This document shows positions 36,910-48,344 of a stretch of DNA of 64,000 nt, in pieces. Source of the stretch: Euprymna scolopes (lineage: Eukaryota); the NCBI GenBank assembly GCA_053919585.1, contig CM132807.1; one strand, written 5' to 3'. A program made the translations under genes and the position numbers. The notes beneath the pieces are model-generated. The model had not been told where the DNA came from and searched no databases. It saw only the letters and a program-made list of their open reading frames with translations. Numbering within the stretch: the first letter of the stretch is position 1; the number at the start of each line of letters is the position of its first letter.

Positions 36910-38360
36910 TAAAACTAGCAGTACATACAAATATCCTAGCTGTAAGATCTGGATGTATATAGCATGAACTGCACAAAGCAGAAAAGGCTAAAGCGGTATC
37001 CGCAGATACAGGGTGACCCCTACCCCCCAAAAAACAGAGGACATTCAATTGTTTTTCTTGGGATTTTACAGTCAACGGAGAAATAAAGATCAAAACCCTA
37101 GTGTTTTGATGTTATGTTTTGAATATAATAAACTCGTTATGACCAAAGTTTCATTTCATTCGGACAAAACACTAAGAAAAGGAGCGTAATTAATGTTAGG
37201 GCCAGTTTTTTTTTTGGGGGGGGTCACCCTGCATACCAAAGGCTTTCGACAGAAATAAAATCAAATCACAAGGTATCACTGCAGCAATACTTAATTAAAT
37301 CCTTCTCAAATAATAAAAAAAAATGTATCAAGTTTGTCCTCGGCGGTCGTAAATCTAAACCATTTGATAAGGGTTTATTTCAGGAGTCTATTTTTGGGGG
37401 CTGTATTACTCCTAATATCCATAGATGATCTCGCTGATATTGTCTCTGATATTGGTATATTCGCTAATGACAAAACGCTCTATAAAAGGCACGAGGGGAA
37501 GCAAATAAACACATATCTAAGGAAATTGCAGAAACATTAGAGGAAGACTTCCAACCTGCAGTGGGATGGGGATACATTTGATGGTCACATACGATGCTGA
37601 CAAGACTAAGCTTGTTACCTTCAATAATTAGAAGAAACCTCCCCAACTAACAATAGCTATAGCTAACGATACATTACCTGAAATTACTTCCGTTAAACTA
37701 CTCGGCTTAACATTCACAAGGAACACGTTGAAACAGATACATTGAGAGCATTGCCATGGTGGGCTCTCGCTAGGGTTCCAGAAAATTAATTACGCCTGAA
37801 AGTAGCCTGTAAATTTGCCAAACCACCATTTTCCCCTGTATGAAGTGTTGTTGTCACATTGGAACTGGTGCACCTGCTACTGGCCTCGACCTCTTGGCCA
37901 GGGTTCTAAAGAAAATCGCCAACCTGATAGATCCTTAAAAGTAATCTAAGGTCCAGCCTCTGTCCCATCGACGAAATAGTGCATCCCTCTGCATTTTCTA
38001 CAAGTATTTTAGCAGTAGATGTTCCGCCGAACAATAAGTCATTGTCGCTTCTCGATGTAAATACCCCCAACAAAACTGACAATCAGCAAAATCCCACCCC
38101 ACACAGTAGAGACCTTTGGATACAAGAAGGCCTCTTATGCTCATAGTTTCTTCCCAAGAACTTCTAGACTTTGGAACTCCATTCCTTGTTCATGTTTTCT
38201 CAACTGTACTGACATGCAGAAGTTCAAGTGTAATGTGAACGTACATCTTGCTGCTTATCTCTCTACATAGTATGCCTGCAACTGATGGCTCTGAAAGTAG
38301 CCTCCTACATTTAACTGGCACTGTGCCTTGTTTGAGGAGAAAATGAAATAAAAAAAATTA
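36910..38360 (+). mobile_element. 5'-truncated CR1/L2-group LINE (RT to 3' tail)
   Basis: AKAVSADI|PKAFD (split by a MITE), IDDL, IFANDKTLY, PCMKCCCHIGTGA, SFFPRTSRLWNSIP, QKFKCNVNVHL, then an A-rich tail. Confidence 0.85.
37009..37231. mobile_element. Tc1/mariner-type MITE
   Basis: TIRs CAGGGTGACCCC and GGGGTCACCCTG. TA on the left and CA (mutated TA) on the right. Confidence 0.85.
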
Positions 38361-39657
38361 AAAAATACTGGAGATGCGTGTGTACAGCATAATAGTAACT
38401 ATGTTTTTTTTTCCGTAAGAATAGTTGTATTCGTTTAACTTTATCTAAAATAAAAATAGATAACTAAATAGTTATAGATAAATAAAAAGATAGAAGGATT
38501 TAATAAGTTTTTGATACACTGTGGCATGGCCGCCCACGGAAGCGGTAGAGCTCCCTATTGCGGGGAGATTAAGACCCCCGAAATACTGAGTAACGCCGGG
38601 CAACTATAGTGGTATTAACTGTTAAGCATTCTTGGGTGCCCGGGCAGTGGCGGGTAAGCTGGCTGAAAGAAAGAGTTACATTATAAATTTATTGTGTTTT
38701 GTAAAACAAACATATACTTTTATTGTTGGGGAAAGTGACAATTTCCATAGCGTTTTGAAATCATCACAAATATGATTTCGGTTCTGGGGCCAGACGAGAG
38801 GTCAAGGGGCTGAGCTCTCTGTTCGTGGGAACTGAAACCTGTGAGAATTCGCATAATAGCCAGCACACACGCAGGCAATCGGGAATTCCGCGGAATTACG
38901 TACTGATTGGTGATTGGTCTGGTGAGCGACCATACCTACGCTATCGCCTTCCCATATTAGCAGATACCTGCGCCCAAAATCTCAGAGTTAAGCTAAATTT
39001 CGAGAGAATTTAACACTAATCAAAGAGACGCCGTCGCACATCACCCTTCCTCGACTGTCACCACCGCAAAACACGGAGAGTGGGATTCAGTAGCGTGTTT
39101 TGCCAAAAAAAATCCATTGGACATTTGTATATGTTATATTGTATTCTGTAAATTTGAGTGAAATAACTCTTAGAATAGAGGCATCTGAGTTGGTATTTCT
39201 TTTTGTGTGCATGAAAATCTCTTCACTTTTAGCGTGATACGCCATATCAACCCAAAGGTGATATCAACGCTGAAACCGACAAAACAGATCCCGTCGCGCC
39301 CAGAGAACTCGCGAATAATTCTCTGCGAAAGACAGTCACGACGTGTGGGGGGTCATACCTATTACCAACGACCCGGAAAGGTCACAGTTGGAAAAGGGAC
39401 CCGTTCACAATAATAGCTTTGGTTTCTAAGTTCCTTGTTTTGAATTCTGCTGAGCAAAATTATGCTTATATGTTGCTTCGTCATGTTTATAATATATCAA
39501 TTACATAGGTGTCTTATCAATGCCCAGAGGCCACTCGCGGATGAGGGTTACTGAGTCTAAATTAGACAATGGGATAATATAATAATCGCTAGTAGTGGAA
39601 CTTTGATAAATTTGATTACATAAGAGAACGGTTCATTAAACATTTGTTTACGTTGGG

Positions 39658-39730
<73 letters not shown>

Positions 39731-40249
39731 TGACTATTTGGGAAAATTAGGCGCTGTATATACCGTACAAATTTCCATATTGATATCTGGATGCGCATTA
39801 ATTCACTGGGAGAGAGGCACATGCAGTCTTCGTTAACAGGTCATCTAAGAGAAAGAAACTGAGGTAAAATCCTGCGGTCTCCTCTATACTCTGTCCTGTT
39901 GCAGTCATCTGGATCGACGAAGGTTAACATTAATACTAAAATGGGTGGTTGGTTCTACACAAAGAAGTCACCACTATAAACAAATCATCAGTGTTGATTT
40001 CAGTGCAACTTACAAAATCGAAGGGAGAATATATATCCATTGGTTCGGGTGTGTGTTTTGCGTCTAGTCCGCACTGTCGATAGAACAATCAACCTCTAAA
40101 ATATTATTTTGCGTTTATTTTTTTATCTCCTCTCTCTGCTGAACAGTTTATCCATTACTTGTGGGAAGCAAGCATTTCAATGTACGTTCTATCACGGAAG
40201 AACTATCGCTAACAGCAGTCTCCCCAACATTAATTGTACACGAAAAGTG

Positions 40250-40836
40250 CGCTCTCTCTCTCTACCGTGCTAGACAACTACTAACACCCGAAAGTATCCT
40301 GTACCTCTATAAGACCACCATTCGCCCATCTATAGAGTATTGCTGTCACATTTGGGCTGGTGCATCTGCTACTAGTCTCTCGCTCCTTGACAAGGTTCAA
40401 AAGAGAGTCGCAAACCTGATAGGCCCATAACTGAGATCTAAGCTTCAGCCTCTGTACCATCGACGAAATGTTGCATCTCTCTGCCTGTTCTACAAGTATT
40501 TTAGTGGTGCATGCTCTGACGAACTGCAAGCACTTGCGCCCCACGATGTGAGCACCCTCGACAAACCCGACAGAGATCCCACGATGTAAAATATATTTTT
40601 ACTCCAATATGTTCTTCCCCAGAACCGCTAGACTTTGGAATTCCATTCCAGGTCCCTGCTTCCCCAACAGTACTGACGTGCAGAAGTTCAAGTGTAACGT
40701 GAACCGACATCTTGCTGCCCAAATCCTTACATAGTACCCCAGTAGTTGTTGACCCTGATAGTAGCCCCCTACACCAAAGTGGCAATTTGCCTTGTTTGGG
40801 GTAAAAATGTAAAAAAAATAAAAAATAAAAATAAAA
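40250..40836 (+). mobile_element. 3' fragment of the same CR1/L2-group LINE
   Basis: LYRARQLLTPESILYLYKTTIRPSIEYCCHIWAGASATSLSLLDKVQKRVANLIGP; 3' UTR and A-rich tail match 38200-38360. Confidence 0.9.
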
Positions 40837-40919
40837 ACATCTAGTCAGACTCATGAAACGCTTACCCTATATTGTTTTGCGGACAAAAAAACTTACATCT
40901 ACGGTCTTCAGATATTCGT

Positions 40920-42180
40920 GCCATTATAAAAATGTGGACCTATCAAATTTGTGTAAGCCTCGTCTGGCAAGAAATGCTTCATTAAGCTAGACCTTCATCT
41001 TTGCAAATATTTCAACAGATGTAGACTAGAGTTTTTCCTCCCTGATTGTTGTGTCTCTAGTGTCAATATTCAAGTGTTCTGGCGAAAGCATTAACCCGCA
41101 TAATTATCACTGCATCCGTCCATTGCCCCTTTTCTATCAAATAATCGAGTCTTTAATCACTAAACTACTAGTCCACCATCGTATAAATTCTTAGATTATT
41201 TCTAATTAATAGAATAACTAGAGCTATACACTTTCTACTGCATTTTAAACTGCCATATCTTAACGTATAGGCCATGCACTTGATATGTGGGTTTAAGTTA
41301 GAACTGTAGGTCTGGATATGCTTAATGCACGGGATAATATCTGGAAGTAAGGTTTTTAACAGGAAAATAAAATGTTATGATAATTCTGGAATAATACTTA
41401 ACATAAACAGATTTTTCCTAAACAACAGAAAGATCTGAGTTATTCTCGATTGCCGTAGGTTTATACAATATGATAATAATATGCATGTGGCATAGGGAGT
41501 TATCCTTGGACCATTATTATTTTGATGAACTCGCTGATAAACTTGTGTCTGAGAAGGTATATGTGCTGATGTCAATACGAATCTCTATTATAGACATGAG
41601 GGATAAACAAATTTAAACATATCAAAGACAATGGCAAAAAACAGAAAACTATCTTTATAAAATATGGTTTAAAATATATGATAACCTTTCATGCTATTGA
41701 CTTAGCTTTTTCTTAATTTATTCTCAAAATCTGACTGTAATTGCACATGAACCACTTACCTGAGGTGTATACGCCTACCTTTTCGGTCTAAGGTTCACAG
41801 ACAACATGACTTGGAACAGTTTTCAGCTGCTGCAAAGATTTTAGACTCCCTAAACGATGCTAGAAAATTAATCACACTAGAGAGCATTCTTTACAAAATA
41901 GCAACTCGCCCATATGTGGTGTATTGTTGACACGCTTTCACTTATCTCTTGCCGTAGGTTCTACCTAATTAGCATAAGTGTAGTTTCAATCATCCGTTGA
42001 CATCTATGCTGATGACCCGACCATCTATGGCAACACATCAAAGTCCGTAAATGACAAAGCTCTCTCTAATTCTCTCTCCTCTGATCTTGAGTGCGTGGTA
42101 CAATGGGGGAAGAGGTGACTGGTCACGTTTAATGCATTTAAAAACGTTATATTCACAGCTGGTTAATTTCCAAAATGCAA
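40920..42180 (+). mobile_element. Older decayed CR1/L2-group LINE RT fragments
   Basis: SGESINPHNY, GVILGPLLF, LESILYK..TRPYVVYC, IYADDPTIY, LVTFNAFKT. Confidence 0.6.
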
Positions 42181-42185
42181 GCGGG

Positions 42186-42906
42186 ACGCGAGGACAATTA
42201 AGTAGAACCCTATGTTATACAATTAATTTAATCTTGGTGAAAAAGCCATGGGAACGTATGAATTACTCTAGACTGACTTTAGACGATCTCCAATGACCCG
42301 GGCAGCAGTTTTAGAGTGGTGTAAGAGTTTAAGGAGTTTTTGAGGAGGGTCGAGAGGTGTGAGAGGATTAAGGAAATGGTAACCTCGGTGTTGATTATCC
42401 AAATAAAGAATTCTATACCTACAGACGGCCGTGTGTCTATAGAGACAATAAGTCCACACATTGATATAAGTTTTGGAACTGTACACGCAATTATTGGCGA
42501 AGAACCTTATATGAAGAATATTTGCGCGAGTTTTTCGCAAAGCTGCTAGGAGGGGATCAGACTATTAAACCAAGATGTTAGTTTTGCATTTAATAGCATT
42601 TCCTCCCCTACTTTATAGTCCAGATCTTTCGCCTTACGACATTTGGTAATTTCATAAGCTCAAGAAAAGTCTTAGAGACTGCCGTTATAAAACAACTGAG
42701 AAGTTAGAAAAACACTATGACGAAGGTCACTGACACACACACACACACAAGAACAGTTCCATGGGGCATTCTACAGGTTGTTGAAACGGCACAATTAGTC
42801 CATTGTAGCCGAAGATTACTACGACGGGTACTAGAGTTGCATGTGTCTACTAACAATACAAGTGACCATACGAAAAATGTCTGAAATATTATTTAAGGAA
42901 CCGCGT
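42186..42906 (+). mobile_element. Internally deleted mariner (DD34D-type) remnant
   Basis: TDGRVSIETI..ISFGTVHAII and YSPDLSPYDIW..KLKKSLR (mariner YSPDLAP.D motif). Confidence 0.7.
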
Positions 42907-44771
42907 AGATAAATGTAATGGGAGTATTACTTGTTTAGCGGTTTAAAACTGAATATATGAAAAGAGTATCTTATGTAAAACGGATGTAGTAAAAGTTGTG
43001 TACGTTTAATCGTTGGAAAAATGGCCGAGAAAATCAATATAAACACAATGATTGAAGCTCATCCTCAAATCTCCAACAAAACATTTTCCAGACTGTTTAT
43101 CCGTTTTTATTTTCGATGTTAATGTCTACTGCAACAAAGAGAATATAATGAAGCTTTTCATATTTTATATTTCCAACGATTTTTTTCTTTTAAATACCAA
43201 TAGGCAAACATTAAAATCTAATAAGGCTATCGAAACACGTACTGGCACTTCGATTGCAATTTTGGCTTTTGTTTCATTAGATTTGTCTGGGATTATCGAT
43301 CATTAAAACTTATACACGATAATTTTATCGGTTGAGTGGATTGAATTCCTTGTATTCAACCTTTTACCTTCATTTTAAAATACACTGTCATTATACTGTT
43401 ATAATATATTTATCTATTGTTGGAACAAACTATTGTTTGTTAGTCTTTTTCCAACGGAATAGAAAAAAGTTGAAAACACCTTAAACTGCAGTGTATTTAC
43501 TTAATTAAATAAAACTACACATTATTTAATAAAGAATCGCCTTTGACTTGTCTACGGAGAGATGGGAAAGCAATTATAAGTATTGTAAACAGGATCACTG
43601 CTTTAAATTAACTTAATCTTATTACAAACGTGAATTACGCGATTAAACGAAACGATCAAATATCTATTATATGGTCTTCCACGAAATGTGGGTTTTAAAG
43701 AAAATGACGGGATTTGCGTTTGATTTAAATTGTCTAGGCTCATGTTTAAAAGAAACGGTAGTATATAATCTTAAATATTCAAGTCCAAATCAAATTACTG
43801 CCGGAAGACAATGAAAGTAAACAAACGATTATAGTCAAAGCTATAAAACAAATATAAGAATACATGAAATAGGAGAGGATGCCATATTAAAGCACATTAA
43901 CTCTGTTCTTAATAAAAGTTTAATTCTCATAGGAACACACGGACATTAAACCTGTATTAATTTTAGCATTCAAACATTGGATTGGCAGGATCAGCGCTTA
44001 ACATTCATATTTTCTCCTTTCCCTCCTTGACGCGATTTACATTGACGCTGGCGATTTCTACTTTCTATTCTGATGTGCTTCTTTCCGAGTTGCCAGGAAA
44101 CTATTGAAATATATACAGATTCTCTACAAGTTTTCATAGGGTCCGATATGGATTAGGATATAAAATGTTTAATTTGATAATATAAAAGCTCACCATACGC
44201 CTCTCAATCGTAGGCGTGTCAATTCTCATTCTAAGATTCTCTGCATGCCTACAGACAAGTTGGAAACACAAACAAAAACACTTAAATTAAATGCTGAAAA
44301 CAACAAGGTACTAAAAAATGGCTGACTAGAAAGTCATCAGAAAACACATCTGATATGTCGCATGGACAAATAGTCTTTCTCCTTCTGCTGAACATTGTGA
44401 AAATGAGACAATTGAATAGTGCAACGCGGACATTGAAACACATGTTCACCGCAAAGAATTATTATAGCAGCCCCACTCATTTCCATGGTTAACTAGACTT
44501 TGTGCAGCTGACATTGCAGCTACCATTGCACGAAAACAGAATGCATTCCTCCGGTGCATACGTCATGTTAAATACAAATAGGTAAAAATCATAGATGCGA
44601 GAAACAACTGTAAGAGAGAAATAGCGAATACGAAACCAAAGTATACTGAATTAACCAGAGAACACATAGAATCGCAAAAGATAAAAAATCTTTATTTCTG
44701 GAAAATCAATAACAGTGTTGTAAGTAAAGGGCACTCAGTAATTAGTTCATTTGCCAACAACCAGAAAGTCG

Positions 44772-44828
<57 letters not shown>

Positions 44829-44840
44829 AATAATAAAATA

Positions 44841-44986
44841 CCTACAGACACTAGAGTTTCATCCTTTCGGGAATCTTCAGTGCAGGGTGTCACGATTAAC
44901 ACCAGTCGAACGATTCGAACTCGGCAACACGAGACATCTCTGGCTCGATTAGCAAAGGCCGCATCCATCGACTACCATTAACCGCG
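44841..44986 (-). mobile_element. tRNA-headed SINE-like unit with a hammerhead ribozyme
   Basis: Minus strand: A-box-like TGGTAGTCGATGG (44965-44977), B-box GAGTTCGAATC (44912-44922), then hammerhead CCUGCA-CUGAAGA-..-GAAAC-UCUAGU-GUC-UGUAGG (44841-44886) and an AT-rich tail. Confidence 0.65.
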
Positions 44987-45153
44987 TGAAATAACGTTGA
45001 ATTTAAACGTTTTAATGTTAAATGTTCTTTACGTCAGTCAAACAATGATCTAATCGTTATGCGATGATTTATGTATAAGAGCTTAATTGACTGACTTTAA
45101 TCCAACTGAAAGTGCTCAACGATAAGAAACGAAATAATTAATGGGGCTGTCAG

Positions 45154-45239
<86 letters not shown>

Positions 45240-45268
45240 AAGTAAAGTATAATAATATATATGGCAAT

Positions 45269-45321
45269 CAAGCTACACCGAATATTCCGCGTTTCACCCA
45301 CGCTAGGATTCGTCAAGCTTA
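45269..45321 (-). ncRNA. Type I hammerhead, same family as 571 and 27425; core C mutated (UUGACGA)
   Basis: UAAGC-UUGACGA-AUCC(UAGCGU)GGGU-GAAA-CGCGGAAUAUUCGGU-GUA-GCUUG. Confidence 0.7.
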
Positions 45322-45587
45322 TTCGAAGAGTTATGGTTGTCTCTTGTTCATATATACGTCCCTTCTATTGTTTGTAATTAGCCAATCAGATTCCTAGTTT
45401 CCCCCGCTCCCTTTCTAAACAGCCAATGGACAGGAACTTACAGGACAAAGGCCAAGTTTACCTTGGGTTAACCCCGTATTTTGTTTGTGATTTTTTAGCG
45501 GGAGGCGTACCAATCTAGTGAGTTGACCTATTTTAAACCTAGGTGTAGTTTAATGTGTGTGGTTCTTTATTATTATTATGATTATGC

Positions 45588-45642
<55 letters not shown>

Positions 45643-45739
45643 AATTTTTGGATGTTTATTTTATTGATTTATTTTCTATTGTTACTGTTAATCTTAAAAG
45701 TATTTTGTATTGCTATCCTAGATTACAGTTAATCCTGTG

Positions 45740-46216
45740 TACACAGTTGTTTGCTATTTCTCTCCTACAGTTTAATGGATGTTGACGTTCTTTAAATATA
45801 GGATAGTAAATTTTTCATGAAGTCATTATCTACAGGGATCGTCTAACTCTCTATATGGGTTTGATTGTCTTACTATTTTCCATTCGACTACCGGCTAACG
45901 CCCGCTTTCTTTGCGATCAAAGTATTTGTTTGCTAGTGTTGTTTTCAATTGGTGTTTTTTTTTAAACGTACTTTGTTGTTATAATATCTGGTTTTGAAAT
46001 CTAAGGCAGTCATGCTTCGGTAATATTTCTTGTTATTCGGGTTTTCTCTCGCAAATATTGTGGCCTGGCCAACTATGCTTTTAGTTAAACGTGTATTTTG
46101 AAGGTGGCAAAGTGTGCGAGATGTACAGTTACATTTATCTTGTTCATTATTAGTATTTTTTTTAATTTCGACTATGACTGTCATTGCCCTTAGTTTATTA
46201 ATTATTATTATTATTA

Positions 46217-46281
<65 letters not shown>

Positions 46282-47075
46282 TATCCGAGTTACATATGTG
46301 TTCTTTGAGTTAGTTTTATTTTGCAATGGTGTCCATTTTTATTGTTTTTTTTTCATTGCTTTTATTTTATATTTTGTTGTTATGTGCTTGAATTATACTC
46401 TCTAAATATTCACAGCAGCTTCATGATAACTTTAGATTATTTTATTGAAAATCTTGTGCAGGGGATTTGTTACGCGAAAGTGTTTTTCGATGAGATTTAG
46501 AGATTTATTGCCAACTTTTGTTTTTAACATTTGATTGTAGCGCCGTATACAAGAATACATTTCTTTTTCTTCTATTTTTAATTTTATTTTTATTGGTGTT
46601 TTGTTGATTATATTTAATATCGATATTTTTGTATCCACTATTTTTAAGGGGTGTTTCGTAGATATTGATTGCCCTGTTAAATACATTTTCGTCGCTTGAG
46701 TTATTGCTGAGTCTACTTACGATCGAGTTAGGAATCTGTTTTATAATCGATGGTGGTTGATTGGACCTCGGCAAGCTCCAGGAAAATGTTTAAATAGTCT
46801 TCGGATATCGAGGGATAGAAGTCTATGAGGTCGAACTGTATAAACGTACATATATTTCTGTTGTCTATATTTGTAAACCAAGTGATAGCTTCGGCAGTAT
46901 TTGCACACTAATTTAATTCTAGATGTTGTTTGATTTGTTTGTTTACTCTAGAAATGTTCTACCTATTTCTGCTTTAGTTTTGTTAATCAAGCGAGTTTTT
47001 AAGTTATTATTGAAATCACATTTGTGGTCTTTAAGATAAATGTATGCTTCTCTAAGCTTTAATTTACCAACGTTA
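45740..47075 (-). mobile_element. Penelope-like retroelement remnant (RT plus GIY-YIG), internally deleted
   Basis: EAYIYLKDHKCDFNNNLKTRLIN, FIQFDLIDFYPSISE, SNQPPSIIKQIPNSIVSRLS, KTKVGNKSLNLIEKHF, CNCTSRTLC..SIVGQAT..DFKTRYYNNK. Confidence 0.85.
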
Positions 47076-47480
47076 TCTACATATATAAAAGCGAAAATGT
47101 ATGGATGTATGTATGTATGTTTGTATACTTGTATGCGTTTTTGTGTGTCCGCTAAAAACTTTTGACAGACACGACGAAAATTCAAAACCTCGGTATCATG
47201 TTGAAGCCGCATCCTTTGCCCAGAAAATTATTGAAAAATTGGCCAAACACGTTAATTATTTCACCCCAAAATCGACAATTTTCAACAGGGGGGTCAACAA
47301 AACCCGTCCCCTTGTGAGGATGACAGGTTCTACGCATGCGCCAGATGACTTCATGACCTGGTTTACTTTAAATAGTTGAACAACTGACAAAATTTCATGT
47401 ATGTCGCGTTAGCTCAGTTGGTTAGCGCGTATTGGGTTCGAATCGTTGTGTGAGATGTCATTTTTCTCGATTTTTTTTAA
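47076..47480 (+). mobile_element. Helitron-like element 5' portion abutting the Penelope ORF; 3' end not located
   Basis: A|TCTACATATATAAAAGCG, a GTAT tract, and AAAACTTT.GACAGA shared with the 61912 copy. Confidence 0.6.
47404..47444 (+). pseudogene. tRNA-derived fragment lacking the anticodon arm
   Basis: GTCGCGTTAGCTCAGTTGGTTAGCGCG (D arm, A box) joined almost directly to GGGTTCGAATC (T arm, B box). Confidence 0.6.
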
Positions 47481-48344
47481 ATTTACATACCAGTGTAATT
47501 TAAGAAAGATCAGTAAGAATGAATAATCAGAAACAATGGGTTAAAAACTTACGAACTTTTTTGATATGACTATGTCGTCTTGTATTATAGAGAAACCACT
47601 GCTTTCGTATGATTATTAATTTATATACACTCACCAATATATTTGAAAATCAAATTTAGAATCACTTCACAACGTAGTATTTTTATGCATTCAACGTGTT
47701 ATATAAAAACGGATTTCTAAGCAAGATTATTTCTACACAAACTGTATAGAGTTTCATTACCATTCATAATGTTTATATAATTTTGTTCTGATCTTTATTT
47801 GGTAATCGTAAAATTTATAAGACTTAGACGTAGGAAATTATGTCATCGTCCTCAATCTACAACTAGATTCAATACGTCTGTCAGCTTTTCCCCTTGCAAT
47901 AAAGAACGCATCGTTTGTCTGTTTTCAGTTCATATCCCGTTATTCCCTTTATTTCTCCCGTCCAAGGGCCTGTTTTAGAAACTATTTCGCAATTCTCTGT
48001 GGCCAATTTTAGTTGTAAGTCCGAGTCGGTCCAGAGGTCGTTCAGAAGTTATTGACGATTCTCCCTGCTAATTAGTGGCATCTCTTACTTTTGGGTGTGT
48101 AATTGGATCGCTCAATTTTTTCTTAGACGTTTTCGAGGTCTTTGGTATTGAACGCATCTTATTACGTGTTTTGGCATGTATCGACATCCCGAATTTCAAT
48201 CCTATATATGTACAAAACGTTGCAGTCAAAATATGTTTATTTAGATCGCAGGATATATGCATATTTCTTGAGATCTTCCAGAGATAATTATATGCTGCTC
48301 ATGCTAAATATATCTTGCATTGCCACCGGCATATATTCATGTAT

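Noticed and set aside
47404-47460. Functional tRNA gene
   Set aside because: The anticodon arm is missing and there is no 3' acceptor stem.
47880-48290. Possible minus-strand coding remnant (DLWTDSDLQLKL...)
   Set aside because: Interrupted by stops and matches no family I recognise.
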